From the human T2T-CHM13v2.0 reference genome, Homo sapiens: 64,000 bases of DNA. How positions within the stretch are numbered: position 1 is the first letter of the stretch; each line of letters opens with the position of its first letter. The position numbers and the translations under genes are program-made. Positions 12,322 to 23,311 of the stretch are shown piece after piece. A model generated the notes under the pieces. It had not been told where the DNA came from. It saw only the letters and a program-made list of their open reading frames with translations, and searched no databases. The stretch lies in contig CP086569.2 of assembly GCA_009914755.4 (NCBI GenBank), forward strand, positions 6,048,001 to 6,112,000, written 5' to 3'.

Positions 12322-14655
12322 TTAAGCACTCTCCACTTACAGACACACACACACAAACACACACACACACAAAATGCCACACACATGCAGGCCTCCAACA
12401 CTCACAACACTCCAACAGAAACACACAGGCTGGCAGCTCCTGAGGCTTCGTGGTTGTGCAAGAAACTTACCCTGGCAGAGAGCAACCCCAGGGCATACTG
12501 GCAGGCTTTACCTGGGAAGCACGGTGGGGCAAGTTTCAGAAAGACTAACCAATACAGCATCTAGCCAGTCCTAAAAAATCCTGCAGTTCCTTTTGGATCC
12601 TTAGCAATTTTGTGGTTTATTCCTGGGGCTATGCCTGATGTTTCTTTAGGCTGGTTCATGTCTGCCCTCTCCTAGGATCGTGGGACTATCCCGAGGCTTC
12701 CACAGGGAATAAAAGTGAGAGTCCACTGCTGATGCACCTCCACAAAGGTATCCTCCTCAGCCAAGTCACAGGGACTTGTCGCTGGGCAAATGTGACATTC
12801 ATTGTGACTCTAACCAGAGCTCAGATCTAAGCCCTAGTGTCCTGAGACTAGCATTAAAATTCTCTACCTTAGAACCCCTTTGGGATGTCTGCATCTTTGG
12901 GTACCACTGGAGGAGGACGCGTTTCAAGACTGTGAGGTGGTTGCTTAGGAGAGCTCTTCTGACTCCATTCCTGAAAGAGCCTTTGTGCAAGAATCAGGAC
13001 CCATCTAAATTGGAATATAGTCTGGTGAGTTGTTAAAGGATTTTTGTGTAATGGAATTATACCTGAGACACCAAAAATGAGTGTCAGTAAAATATAGCCA
13101 GTCCCTTGATCTCATTGCTTCCCTTCATCATGGTCCTCACAGGGGCTCTCTGCAAAAGGCAGGAAACATGAAAAAGGTAGGTCCAATATCAAGAAGTTCT
13201 TACACCGAACTGGAGTGTCATGGGTGCAGTTGATACTGTGAAATTGTCTCAGAGGCCGTTTTTGGCAATTGCAAGCCTGAAAATGGTGGCCAGTATTTCT
13301 GCTGAGGGGCAATGTGGGCCCAGCATGAAAGCAAAGAAAAATCAAGGCTCACCTGTGAGAATGAGTGGACTTGTCCTGGATTTCCAGAAATGTTCAAAGA
13401 TTTCTGCCAGAGGAACCAAAAGCCTCCCACAAAGTGCAAACAACCTCAGATTTTACAACAAGCCCATGACACAAAACCTGGAACACCACCAGCCGACCAA
13501 AGTCTTTTTGCTCCCTGAAATTCTGCTTGCCAAAAGAACCATTGTGAGTGGCAGTCCCATACAGCAAAAGCTCAATGAAAGAGTCTGTTTACAATGAGAA
13601 AGGAAGTGCAGATGAAGTGAAACACAGCCTTGGTTACTAGGTGAATCCAAACACGGCTCCCTGCTTCTCATCCTACGGGAGTCAAGCAGCCTTCCAATAA
13701 AAGTGGGAGAACGAAAGTTTCCTTGTTGGCAGCTGTAATGGGAATTGATGCTTTAAAAATAAATACAGCTGCCCATTCATTAAAATGTGACAGTGATTAG
13801 AAGGAAACACTCATGCAATGGATTCCAATTAGTTCGACCTCCATGAAGTGGGAAAGGTTTAGTGTTGAAGATTTTGAGCCACATGCAGCATGCCATAGGC
13901 CATAGAGGAACATGGAAGACATGAAAAAAACAGGCAAGTGTGGAGGCCATATTTCACCCAGAACTAGTCCATCCCACTCCCATTTGGCTTTGCCTATGAA
14001 AGCGCTCAAATCTGGAGTTTGCCAGGATGTCCCCAGTTTGCACTCCAAATGTTCTCTGCATGTTGGAGTACTCCCACCTCAACAATGGGCCATGGTGTGG
14101 ACTACTTGTGCAAATAGTGGAATGTAGGGATTCAGTTGGAAGCATCTTCTGTGTCATTTGTCTTCACCTTATTTGCAGGTGAAGTTGTGAGACCCCATCC
14201 ACCCCTCACAAGATTGTATCCCCACCCTGTCTGACCTTACTGCTGCTCAAACTATCTGTCCAAGGATGAAAACCCAGGACAAAGGAGGAGTAACCCTCAT
14301 GATGTGAAGCACGTGTTCACCTGTGAATATAACCTGAGGTAAATTCAAGGGTTGTTGTAGACAGGATTGCTATTGTCTCTCCCTGGGTTGGCCACATGAC
14401 AATGAAAACCTGGGAGATGTCTGCTCTTGGGTGTGGTTTGACTCTCTTCTACCTAGAAGAGTTGCTTTTTTTGCAGGGCATGGTGACTTGGACAGCAGCA
14501 TGTCTCGGCCAGCCTCCCAACTCACTGCAGATTCATGATTCACAAAAAAATAAAGAACATGGAGTTCTATGTCCCAAACAGAGGCGTACAGGAAGACAAC
14601 AAAAGGTTGGAGACTCAACAAAATGAAGTGCTGCAGTGTGTTAGCCACATTCCTT
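12322..14655 (+). repeat. macrosatellite unit U5 (2334 bp)
   Basis: Boundary motif at 12322 with interrupted (AC)n at 12343-12372. Exon-like block at ~14175. Confidence 0.85.
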
Positions 14656-17044
14656 TAAGCAGACTCCATTTACAGGCACACACACACACACACACACAAA
14701 TGTACAAAGTCAAACACACAGGCAGACATCCAACACTTGCAGCACTCCCACAGAAACACACAGCCTATCAGCTCCTGAGGCAGTTTGGTTCTGCAGGAAG
14801 CCACACCTAGGAGGGAGCAACACCAAGGAACACAGGAGGGCTGTACCTATACATCACAGTGGGGCAAGTGTCAAAAGCACTCACCCCTCACTCACTCACA
14901 GGGGTGAGGATACAGTGCCTAGGCAGGCCTGAAGCATCTTGCAGACCCTTTTGGATCCTTCTGGAATTCATGGTTTATTCCTGGTGCTCTTATTGACATT
15001 ATTTCAGGCTGGCTCATATTTGCCCTCTCCTAAAATCAGGAGACTATACAGTAATTCCCACAGAGAAAACAGGTGAGAGTCCACCACCGACAGCACCTGT
15101 AAAAAGGTCTTCTTCTCCGCCAACCTGCAGGAACTTGTCTCTAGGAAATGGTGGCATTCACTGTGACGCTAATCAAAACTCACAGCTCAGTCTTTGTGCC
15201 TTGAGACCAGTGCCTTCGCATTCAAGAGGCATGTTCTGGGGCCTGGCTGTCAGAGCTGTTAGCCTGACCAAAAAGAGGAACAAAGAAAAGGCACTGTGAT
15301 AAACCACTGCTGGACCCAAAAAGTCTAGGCCATAGGGCCCTTTTGGGCAGTCTCTGAGGTCGAGTTCCACTGAAGGAGAACTCATTTTGAGACTGTGAAG
15401 TGGTCGCTGCAATCAGATACTCTGCCTCCATTCTGGAAAGAGGCTGTGTGCAAGAGGCAGTTCCTATGGGGATTGTAATACAGTCTGGTGAGTTACCGGG
15501 CCTCACAGGGGCTCTCGGGAAAAGGTAAGAACCACGACAAAAGAAAGTCCAAGATAAAGCATTGTTCTCACACCTTAAACTGGCTGTTCTCACACCTTAA
15601 AATGGGTGCAGGTGAGGTGGAAACAGTTTCTCAGTGGCTGTCTGTGGTGAAAGCAAGCCAGAAAAGGGTGTCCAGTAGTGCTGATGAGGGGCAATGTGGA
15701 ACCCTCATGAAAGCAAAGAAAAATGAAGGCTCATCTGAGCAAATAAGCTGACTTGTGCAGGAGTCCAAATAATGTTCAAAGATTTTTGTCAGAGGACCCA
15801 AAAGCCTCCTACAAAGAGCAAACAACATCAGCCTCCACAAGGAGAAAAAGACCCAAAATCTGGAGTATAGCCAGCATACGCAAAGTCCTATAGGCTTCCT
15901 GAAGTTCCTGGCAGCCAAAAGATCTGTAGGGAGGAGGCAGTCCCATCCAGCAAAAGCCAATGAAATATCCACTCCACAGAGAGAAAGGACTTGCAGATGA
16001 AGTGAAACAGAGCTAAGATTACCAGGCAAATGCAGACATGGCTGCCTGCTTCTCATCCTAAAGGAATCATGCAGTCTTCCAATAAAAGTGGGAAAACAAG
16101 AGTTTCTATGTTGGTGGATGTAATGGGAATTTATGCTTTTAAAAGTATCACAGCTGCCCAGTCATTAAAATGTGGCAGAGTTTAGAAAGAATCCCTCATG
16201 TAATGAATTCCCAAGAGAGTCATCCTCTGTGAACTGGGAAACTTTTAGTGTGGAATACGTGTAGCCATACCCAGGAAAACTTAGGCCAAAGAAGATCATG
16301 AAAGTCAGGAAAAGAAGAGGCAAGTGTGGCAGCCACATTCCATCCAGCATCAATCCATCACCCTCTCCTTTGCCTTTGGGTATGAAAGCCCTCACATTGG
16401 GAGTTTGCCAGGATGGCCCCAGTGTGTACTCAAAATTTTCCCCATACATTGGAGTACTTCCACCTGAACACCAGGCTGTTTAGCTGGAAACAATCTCTGT
16501 GTCGTCTGTCATCCTTTTTCTTTTTTTTTTTTTTTTACAGGTGCAGTTGGGGTATCCCATGCACCTCCCCAGATTTCATCTTTACTCCTATCTGACATCA
16601 TTGCTGTTGACACTCTATGCACCAGGATGAAATCCAAAGATGATATTTGAGAGCCCCCCGACCTAAGACATGAATTATTGGCTTGGCTGGGAATCGAATT
16701 CAAGGTGAATTCAATGTGCCCTGTGCACAGGACTGCTAGCATCTCTCCCTGGGTTGGCTGCAAGACAATGAAACACTGAGATGTCTCATTTTTGGTGTGG
16801 TGTGCTCCTTTTCTTTCTAGAAGAGTGGCTTTTCTCACACACACAATGCCACACACACACTCAGACATCCAACATTCACAACACTCCCACAGAAACATAC
16901 AAACCAGTTACTACTCAGACTGTGCTGTTGTGCAGGTAGCACCAACTGGGTCTGCAGGTAGCCCAAGCAGACCCACACAGAAAAGCCACCAAAAGGTTGG
17001 GAGATGTACATACAGCAAACACTGAAGTGCATTAGCAATATTCC
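14656..17044 (+). repeat. macrosatellite unit U6 (2389 bp)
   Basis: Boundary motif at 14656. A ~110 bp deletion immediately after ctggtgagtt at ~15495. Exon-like block at ~16540, preceded by a T16 tract. The junction to U7 carries the 3-copy sub-repeat form. Confidence 0.85.
16515..16536 (+). repeat. Poly(T) tract (T16 plus a T5 run) immediately upstream of the exon-like block, T-tract site (c)
   Basis: cctttttcttttttttttttttttacaggtgcagttgggg. The homologous site in other units has T6-T12, for example 31362-31381 and 47553-47566. Confidence 0.9.
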
Positions 17045-17340
17045 TTAGGCAGACTGCACTTACAGTCTCTCACACACACACACATACAAACACACAATGC
17101 CACCCACATGCATGTAGACATCCAACACTCACAGCACTCCACCAGAAAGGTTGGCAGACTAAAGAAGAAGTGCTGAAGTGTGTTAGGCACATTATTTTAA
17201 GCACACTCCACTTACAGACACATAAACACGCACATACACAAACACACAATGCTACACACACACACACAGCCATCCATCACATGCAAGACTCTCATAGAAA
17301 AGCAAAGACTGGCAGCCCCTGAGGCAGTGTTGTTCGGAAA
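16838..17340 (+). repeat. Nested junction VNTR, 3-copy form (sub-repeat ~150-200 bp containing the boundary motif and (CA)n)
   Basis: Copy 1 is partial and starts directly after gagtggcttttc. Copies 2 and 3 carry boundary motifs at 17045 and 17197. The same architecture occurs at 19425-19940, 57615-58100 and 60085-60560. Most other junctions carry one copy. Confidence 0.75.
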
Positions 17341-19635
17341 GAATCCCAACCTGGGAGACAGCAACCCCAAGAAACACAAGGGAACTGTACCTAGAAATCA
17401 CGGTGGTGCAAGTTTGAAAGAGACTCAACCCTACAAACTTCTGGGTAGTCCTGAGAAATCCTGTATATCCTTTTGCATCCTAAGGGATTCTGCAGTTTAT
17501 TCCTGGAGGTGTACTTGACTTTTCTTCAGGCTGGCTCATGCCTGCCCTTTTCTAGGATCATGGGACAATCCCATGAACACCACAGAGAAGTCAGGTGAGA
17601 GTCCACGGCCGATGCATCTCCAAGGAGGTCTCCTCTGCCAAGCCACAGGGCATTGTCACAAGGCAGCAGTGACATTCATTGTGATGCTAGCCAGCACTCA
17701 CACTCAGGCCTGGTGCTCTGAGACTAGCACATGTGCATTTCTGAGGCAGGCTCAGGCACTCATCAGAGCTGTCAGCCTGCCTAAGCAGAGGAAAATGGTA
17801 CAGGCAGAGCCTGCCTGGTATAGGGAAAAATGCTGCCTGCAATAACCCACCACTGGACATAAAAATATAGATGACAGGGCCCTTTCAGGCAGTCTCCAAG
17901 GTTGGGTTCTGCAGAAGGAGAAGTCACTTTGAGACTGTGAAAGGGTCGCTGCAATCTGCACCTCTGCCTCCATTCCCAAAAGAAGATGTGTGCAAGAGTT
18001 AATTCCCATGGGGATTGAAATACCATCTGGTGAGTTTTTGAGGCATCTCTGGGTGATGGAATCATCATTGAGACCCAAGAGGTGGGTGTCAGTGAAAGAT
18101 GGTTAGGCCCTTGACCTCACTGCCTCCCTTCATCCTGGGCCTCACAGGAGCTCTCTGGGAAATACAGGAACCACAACAAAAGCAAGTCCCAGATAAAGCA
18201 TTGTTCTCATATCTCAAACTGGCCTTTCACAGATGCAGATGTGGTTGACAGAGTATGTCTGAGGTGGTCCATGGCAATTGCAAGACAGAAAATGGTGTCC
18301 AGTACTGCTAATGAGGGGCAATGTGGACTCCCCTTGAAAGCAAAGAAAAATGAAGGCTTATCTGAGCAAACAAGCTGACTTGTGTGGGAGTACAAGCAAA
18401 GTTCAAAGATTCCCATCAGAGGACCCAAAAGCCTCCTGCAAAGCGCAAACAACATCAGCCCCCACAAGGACACCATGATCCACATCCTGGCATGTAGCCA
18501 CCATATGCAAAGTCCTTTTGGCTTCCTGAAATTCCTGGCAGTGAAAAGATCTATAGCAAGAGGCAGTCCCATCCAGCAAGAGCCAATGAAAGATCCACTC
18601 CACAGCAGGGAATGACATGCAGATGAAGTGAAACAGAGCCAAGATTAGCAGGAAAATGCAGAACACAGCTGCCTGCTTCTCCTCCTACAGGAATCATGCA
18701 GCTCTTTGATAAAAGGAGAATAAAAATTTCTGTATTGGCAGTTGTAACGGGAATTTATGCTTTTAAAAGTCTCATATTGCCCAGTCATCAAAATGTGACA
18801 GAGTCTAGGAAGAAACACTGATGCAATGGATTCACATGAGAGTGGTCCTCTGTGAACTGGGAAACTTCTAGTGTAGAAGATGTGGAACCAGACCCAGAAA
18901 ACCCTAGGCCAAAAAGGAACATGAAGACACAAGTGTGGTGGCCACATCCCACCCAGCATCAATCCATCACACTTTCATGTGGCTCTGGGTATGAAAGCCC
19001 TCACATTGAGAGTTTGCCAGGATGGCCCCAATTTGTTCTCAAAATGTTCTCTGCATGTCCACCTGAACACCAGGCTATTTACTTGGAAGCAGCTTCTGTG
19101 TCATCCATCTTTATTTTATTTTTTTCAGGTGATATTGCAAAACCTTATACACCCTTCACCAGATTTTGTCCTTACTGCTATTTGACTTTATTCCTGCTCA
19201 TACTGTATGTTCCAGGATGAAATCAAAAGATGATGGAGAAGTGCCCCCCGCCACAAGATGTGAATCACTTGCTCAGCTGGGAACTGAATTCAAGATTAAT
19301 TCAAAGTGCCCAGTGGACAGGACTGCCAGTGTCTATGCCTGGGTTGGCCTCATGACAATGACACACTAGGAGATACCTCTTTTTGGCATGGTGTGCTCCT
19401 CTTCTTTTTAGAAGAGTGGCTTTTTTTGAACACACAATGCCACACACACGCTCAGACATCCTACACTCAAAATACTCCCACAGAAATACACAGCCCAGCA
19501 GCTACTGAGGCTGCATTGTTGTGCAGGAAGCACTACCTGGAGAAAGTCCCACATCCCAAGCAGAGAAACACAGGCCACCAAAATGTTGGAAGACTCAAAA
19601 ACAGAAAGCACTGAAGTGCATAAGTAATATTCCTT
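17045..19635 (+). repeat. macrosatellite unit U7 (2591 bp; extra junction sub-repeat copy at 17197)
   Basis: Boundary motifs at 17045 and 17197. Exon-like block at ~19125. Confidence 0.8.
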
Positions 19636-19940
19636 TAAGCAGACTCCATTTATAGTCACACACACACACACAATGCCACACAAAGATGCAGACATCCAAC
19701 ACTCGAAATCCTCCACCAGAAAGGTTGGGAGACTAAAAAAAAAAAAAAAAAAAGAGAAAGACAAAGGGCTGAAGTGGGTTAGCCACATAATTTCAAGCAC
19801 ACTCCACTGACAGGTGCACACACACACCCAATGCCACACACAGATGCAGACATCCAACACTCGCAACACTCCCACAGGAAAACACAGCTCAGCAGCTCCA
19901 GAGGCTATGTGATTCTGCAGGAATCCCAACCTGGGAGAGA
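19425..19940 (+). repeat. Nested junction VNTR, 3-copy form
   Basis: Partial copy at 19425, then boundary motifs at 19636 and 19791, with poly(A)17 at 19735-19753 between copies. Confidence 0.75.
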
Positions 19941-20854
19941 GCAAGCACAAGAAACCCTGGTTGGCTACACCTAGAAATCACAGTTAGGCAAGTTTCAAAA
20001 GACTCATGCTTACAACATCTAGGGTGGCCTGAAAAATCCTGCAGAGGTTTTTGCCTGTGTGTAAGCAAGGTGGCATCCTAAGCAGAGAAAAATGGTACAG
20101 GCAGAGTAGGCCTGTTTTTAATAAAAAGGCAGTGTGTGAAAACCCACTGTGGGACCCTAAATGTCTCGACCTGAAGGCCCCTTTGGGCTGTCTCCATGGT
20201 CAGGTCCCACTGCCGGAGGAAATATTTTGAGATAGTAACCTGTTCGCTGGAAACTGCCCTTCTGACTCCATTTTTGAAACAGGCTGTGAGCCATAATCTG
20301 GTCCCATAAGAATTGGAATATAATCTGTTGTGTTGTTGAGGGTTGTTTGGGTGACAGAATCATACCTGAGAACTTAGAGGTGGGTGTCAGTGAAAGAAGG
20401 TTGGGCTCTTGACCTCACTGCATCCCTTCATCCTGGGTCTCTCAGAAGCTCTCTGGGGAAGGTAGAAACCACAACAGTGGCAAATCCAATGTAGAGGAGT
20501 GTTCTCATACCTTGGACTGGTCTTTCACTGTGCAGTTGAGGTTATTCTTACACCTCAGACTGGCCTTGGACTGTGCAGATAAGGTTGAGACAGTGAAACA
20601 CTGCGAGATGTCTGTTTCTGGTGTGGTGTGCTCCTCTTCTTTCTAGAAGAGTGGCTTTTTTTGTGGGGGGAGTTGATTTGGACAATTGTGTGTCTTGGCC
20701 CACCTCCCAATGCAATGCAGATTCATGATCCACAGAAAAATAAAGAACATGGAGCCCCAAAGCACAAGCAGAGCAACAGGCAGGCCAACAAAGATTGAAA
20801 CATACAAAAAAAAAAAAAAAAGCAGCAGCACTGAAGTGCGTTAGCCATATTATT
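19636..20854 (+). repeat. macrosatellite unit U8 (short, 1219 bp; two internal deletions)
   Basis: Boundary motifs at 19636 and 19791. A ~400 bp deletion at ~20050 (cctgcagaggtttttgcc|taagcagagaaaaatggtacagg). A ~1250 bp deletion at ~20590 (gttgagacagtg|aaacactgcgagatgtctg) removes the ORF-rich region and the exon-like block. Confidence 0.8.
19735..19753 (+). repeat. Poly(A) tract (A19) inside the junction sub-repeat, A-tract site (d)
   Basis: gggagactaaaaaaaaaaaaaaaaaaagagaaag. The homologous A-runs at 20806-20821, 31841-31860 and 57949-57965 vary in length, and most units have A6-A8. Confidence 0.9.
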
Positions 20855-23311
20855 TAAGCAGACTCCACTTACAGCCACAAACACATTCTCAAACACGCAA
20901 TGACACACACACACACATATCCAACAGTTGCAACACTCCCACAGAAGAACATAGCCCAGCAGCACCCGAGGCTGCATAGCTCTGCAGGAATTCCCACCTG
21001 GGAGAGAGCAATCCCAGGGAACATAGACAGGCTGTACCTAGAAACCACAGTGGGGCAAGTTTCAAAAAGACTCACCCCTACAATATCTAGGCAGGCCTAC
21101 AAAATCTTGCAGATCTTTTTGGATGTTTAAGGATTTTGCGGTTTATTTCTGTAGCTAAGCTTGATGTTCCTTCACGCTGGCTAACGTCTGCCCTCTCCTA
21201 GGATCATGAGACTATCTGTGGATTTCACAGAGAAGACAGACGAGAAGACACCGCTGACACTTCTCCACGGAGGTCTCCTTTTCCACCAAGATGCAGATGC
21301 TTCTTGCAAGGCAATGGTGACATTTATTGTGATGCTAGACAGAGCTCACAATCAGACCAGGTGCGCTGAGACTAGCGCAAGTGCATTTGTGAGGCAGACT
21401 CAAGTCAGGTTGTCAGAGCTGTCAGCCTGCCTCTGCAGTGGATAATGGTACAGGCAGAGCTGGCTTGGTATTGGGAAAAAGGCTGACTATAAAAACCCGC
21501 TGCAGGACCCTGAAAGTCTTGACCTCAGGGACCCTGCTAGCCATTTCCTTGTTCAGGTCGCGCTGGAGGAAGAGGTGTTTCGCGACTGTGAGGTGGTCGC
21601 TGGAAACTGCTCTTCTAACTCCATTAGCGAAAGAGGGTGTGTGCAATAATTGGGTCCCAAGGGGATTGGAATATAATCTGGTGTGTCGTTGAGTGTTCTT
21701 TGGGTGACAGAAACATACCTGAGACACCAGAAGTGGATGTCAGCAAAAGATGATTGGGCTTTTGAACTCAATGGCTCCCTTCATTCTGAGCCTTGCAGGG
21801 GCTATCTATGAAAGGCAAGAACCATGACAAAGGCAAGTCTAATGTGGAGCAGTGTTCTCACATCTTGGAATGGCCTCTCACTTGTGCAGATGTAGTTGAG
21901 ACAGTGTCTCAGAGGCCATCTGTGGTGATGGCAAGCTTGAAAATGGTGTGCAGTGCTGCTGTTGGGGGGCACTATGGATTCCCCAAGAAAACAAAGAAAA
22001 ACCAAGGTTCACCTAAGAATGAGCTGCCTTTGCTGGAGTCCAGGCAATGTTCAAGATTCCTGTCAGAAACCAAAAGCCTCCTGCAAAGTGCAAACAACTG
22101 CAGCCTCTACGATGAGACAATGATCCACAATATGGAGTGCAGCCAGTTTATCAAAGTCCCTTTTACTCTCTGAAATCCCTGGCAGCAAAATAATCTGTGG
22201 CAAGTGGCAGTCCTAGCCAGCAATAGCCCAGTGAAAGGGCCCCTCCACAATGAGAAGTCCATGCAGATGAGATGAAACAGGGGCTAGATTATCAGGCTAA
22301 AGCCAGACGTGGCTGCCTCCTTCTCATCCTAGAGTAAACATGCAACCCTGTGATAGAAGTGGGAAAAAAAACAGATTCCTTGTTGGTGGGTGTAACAAGA
22401 ATTTACCGTTTTAAAACTATCAAAGCTTCCCAGTCTTTAAAAGGTGACAATGTTTAGAAGGAAACACTCATGCAATGGATTCCCAGGAGGGTTGTTCTCT
22501 ATGAATTGGGAAACATTTAGTGTGGAAGTCATTGAGCCAGAAAGAGGAAACCCTAGGTTGATGAAAAACATAGAAGTCAGGGGGAAAAAGGCAAGTACGG
22601 AGGCCACATCCAACCCAGCATCAATCAATACTCCTCCCATTTGGCTCATGTATGAAGGCTCTTAAATTGGGAGTTTGCAAAAATGGCCCCAATTTGCCCT
22701 CCAAATATTCCTTGCAGATTAAAGTACTCCCACCAGAACACCGAGCCATGGTGTGGACTGCTTGTGCAATTAAGGGGATGCAGAGATGAAGTTGGAAGCA
22801 CTTTCTGTGTTATCTGTCTTTATGTTTTGCTGGTGAAGTTGGGAGACCACTTTCACCCCTCACCAGATTGTATCCTCACCCCATCTGACCTTATTTCTGC
22901 TCACAATCTATGTCCCCGAATGAAATCCAAGATGATGGACAAGATCTTCCTCATGACATGAAGCATCTGCTCAGCTGGAGACTGAATTTGATGTAAATTC
23001 AAGGGGCCATGCACACAGGTCTGTGAGTGTCACTTTCTGGTTTGGACTCAGGTCAATAAAACACTGGGAGATCTCTTTTTTTTGGTGTGGTATGCTCATC
23101 TTCTTTCTAGAAGAGTGGCTTTTGTTGCAGGGGAGGTGATTTGGATGCTTGTGTGTCTCGGCCCACCTCCCAATTCACTGCAGATTCATGATCCACAGAC
23201 AAATAAAGAACATGAATCCCGGCAACCCAAGCCGAGCCACACAGACAGGCCACTATAAGGATAAGAGACTCAAAAATAAAAGAAATGCTGCAGTGCATTA
23301 GCCACATTCCT
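20855..23311 (+). repeat. macrosatellite unit U9 (2457 bp)
   Basis: Boundary motif at 20855 with a single junction sub-repeat. Exon-like block at ~22840. Confidence 0.85.

Noticed and set aside
12905-12925. CTCF-like motif ccactggaggagga recurring once per unit (D4Z4 and DXZ4 macrosatellites are CTCF-bound)
   Set aside because: It matches only the first 5 positions of the CTCF core. It has G instead of the highly conserved A at position 6 and lacks the GGCGC tail. This is too weak to call without a PWM scan.
19408-19950. Longest ORF in the track (180 aa, minus strand), rich in C/V/L
   Set aside because: It spans the (CA)n/(TG)n-rich junction sub-repeats, and the CV/CL runs are translations of TG/CA repeats. 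There is no start context or conservation of frame in other units, so it is a compositional artefact.
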